In this document: positions 63,014 to 64,000 of the stretch, one piece after another
Layout: every line of letters starts with the position of its first letter
Numbering within the stretch: position 1 is the first letter of the stretch
From: Ylistrum balloti
Lineage: Eukaryota
Direction of reading: 5' to 3'
Length of the DNA: 64,000 bases
Assembly: GCF_031769215.1 (NCBI RefSeq)
Contig: NW_026782072.1
Span: 744,001-808,000 of the forward strand
Made by a program: the position numbers and the translations under genes
The notes under the pieces: generated by a model
What the model saw: only the letters and a program-made list of their open reading frames with translations
Told to the model about the DNA's origin: nothing
Databases searched by the model: none

Positions 63014-63085
63014 TAGCAGAGCGAGGTTTCGATCCTCGGACCTCTGGGTTATGGGCCCAGCACGCTTCCACTGCGCCACTCTGCT
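63014..63085 (-). tRNA. tRNA-iMet-CAT: Initiator tRNA-Met (CAT); uninserted counterpart of the LINE-split copies
   Basis: Intact 72 nt; left flank gaagataaaacaaagtga and right flank gattgactatgaataagttgg match the flanks of the split copies. Confidence 0.97.
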
Positions 63086-63936
63086 GATTGACTATGAATA
63101 AGTTGGAATGTTCAGCTGTTTTAATTTAGCACTGTATTGCATCAGTCAAATCATTTCCATCATTATTTTACATTGCCAAACGGATTATTGAAATGTTACT
63201 AAAATATCACTACTTTTAAATGAAGTGCGGTCAATGACTGCTAACAAGAATTCCGACGTAGAAGATTTTATCAGACTCCATACGAAAAACCGACATGATA
63301 ACGAAATAAAGTTGTCTAATGAAAAAAAACCAAACTGAAATGATTTTGAGTAATGATATGTAACACAAATTTCTGAGGAAAATTAGAAGGATTCCCTAAC
63401 AATTGCAATCAAAGAAATATAGAATGACGAAGTATATATATTTAGATCTCTCCAATTTGATTATCAAAATAGTTACTGAGAAAATCCAATGCATCCATAT
63501 CTAATGACCCAATCCGGTACACGATCAAATCACTTATTCTAACCCCCTTTTTTTACAGGTAATGAATTGAGAATCGATATTTTGATGTAGTGAAAGACAG
63601 TCAAGTATTCTTTCCCTTATATTTTGAGTGAAGTTCTTGTAAGTTCATTGTCCTTTTCGAATTAGTAACAAAATGAGTAAATGTGTGTAGTCTATTCCTC
63701 ATGGAAACAATATATTTTGATATATTGTTTAGCGATTCTGCAGGCTTATTTATCTATAAACGGGATTAAAAGGTGTACTACAGACTATAACTTATTTTAC
63801 AATGTCTGTAATGTTATTACAATCATTAATTGATTTCAATTTCAAACTGTAATTTTGTTACCATATCAACTACTGTGATTGATGACATTTCATGAAGGTG
63901 ACATTTGTTGTATTTTATGAAAGTAAAACAATGTGA

Positions 63937-64000
63937 TAGCAGAGCGTGGTTTCGATCCTCGGACCTCTGGGTTATGGGCCCAGCACGCTTCCACTGCGCC
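63937..64000 (-). tRNA. tRNA-iMet-CAT: Initiator tRNA-Met (CAT), T-stem variant, cut by the window edge
   Basis: 64 of 72 nt visible, CCACG variant. Confidence 0.88.

Overview
AT-rich eukaryotic DNA with spliceosomal introns. The repeat types, gene families and composition suggest a bivalve mollusc, probably an oyster (inference). Left to right: (1) the last coding exons of androglobin (+ strand), with what looks like a second, duplicated alternative terminal exon; (2) an 8-coding-exon gene (+, about 1040 aa) joining a ~710-aa charge-segregated low-complexity region to an intact CCR4/nocturnin/Angel/PDE12-type EEP nuclease domain; (3) a block of minisatellites, a perfect 37-bp-arm palindrome and a 242-N gap; (4) an achaete-scute-like bHLH gene (-); (5) an intronless WSC-domain type I membrane protein (-); (6) a Helentron-type non-autonomous element; (7) from ~52.8 kb to the window end, a tandem array of initiator tRNA-Met genes (-). 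Two array copies are split by the same 5'-truncated L1/Tx1-like LINE with an 18-bp target-site duplication inside the tRNA, and the matching uninserted site is also in the window. This candidate tRNA-iMet-targeting retrotransposon is the most interesting feature. Most short ORFs in the track are minisatellite or tRNA-array read-through artefacts. All family assignments are by motif recognition from memory; no searches were run.
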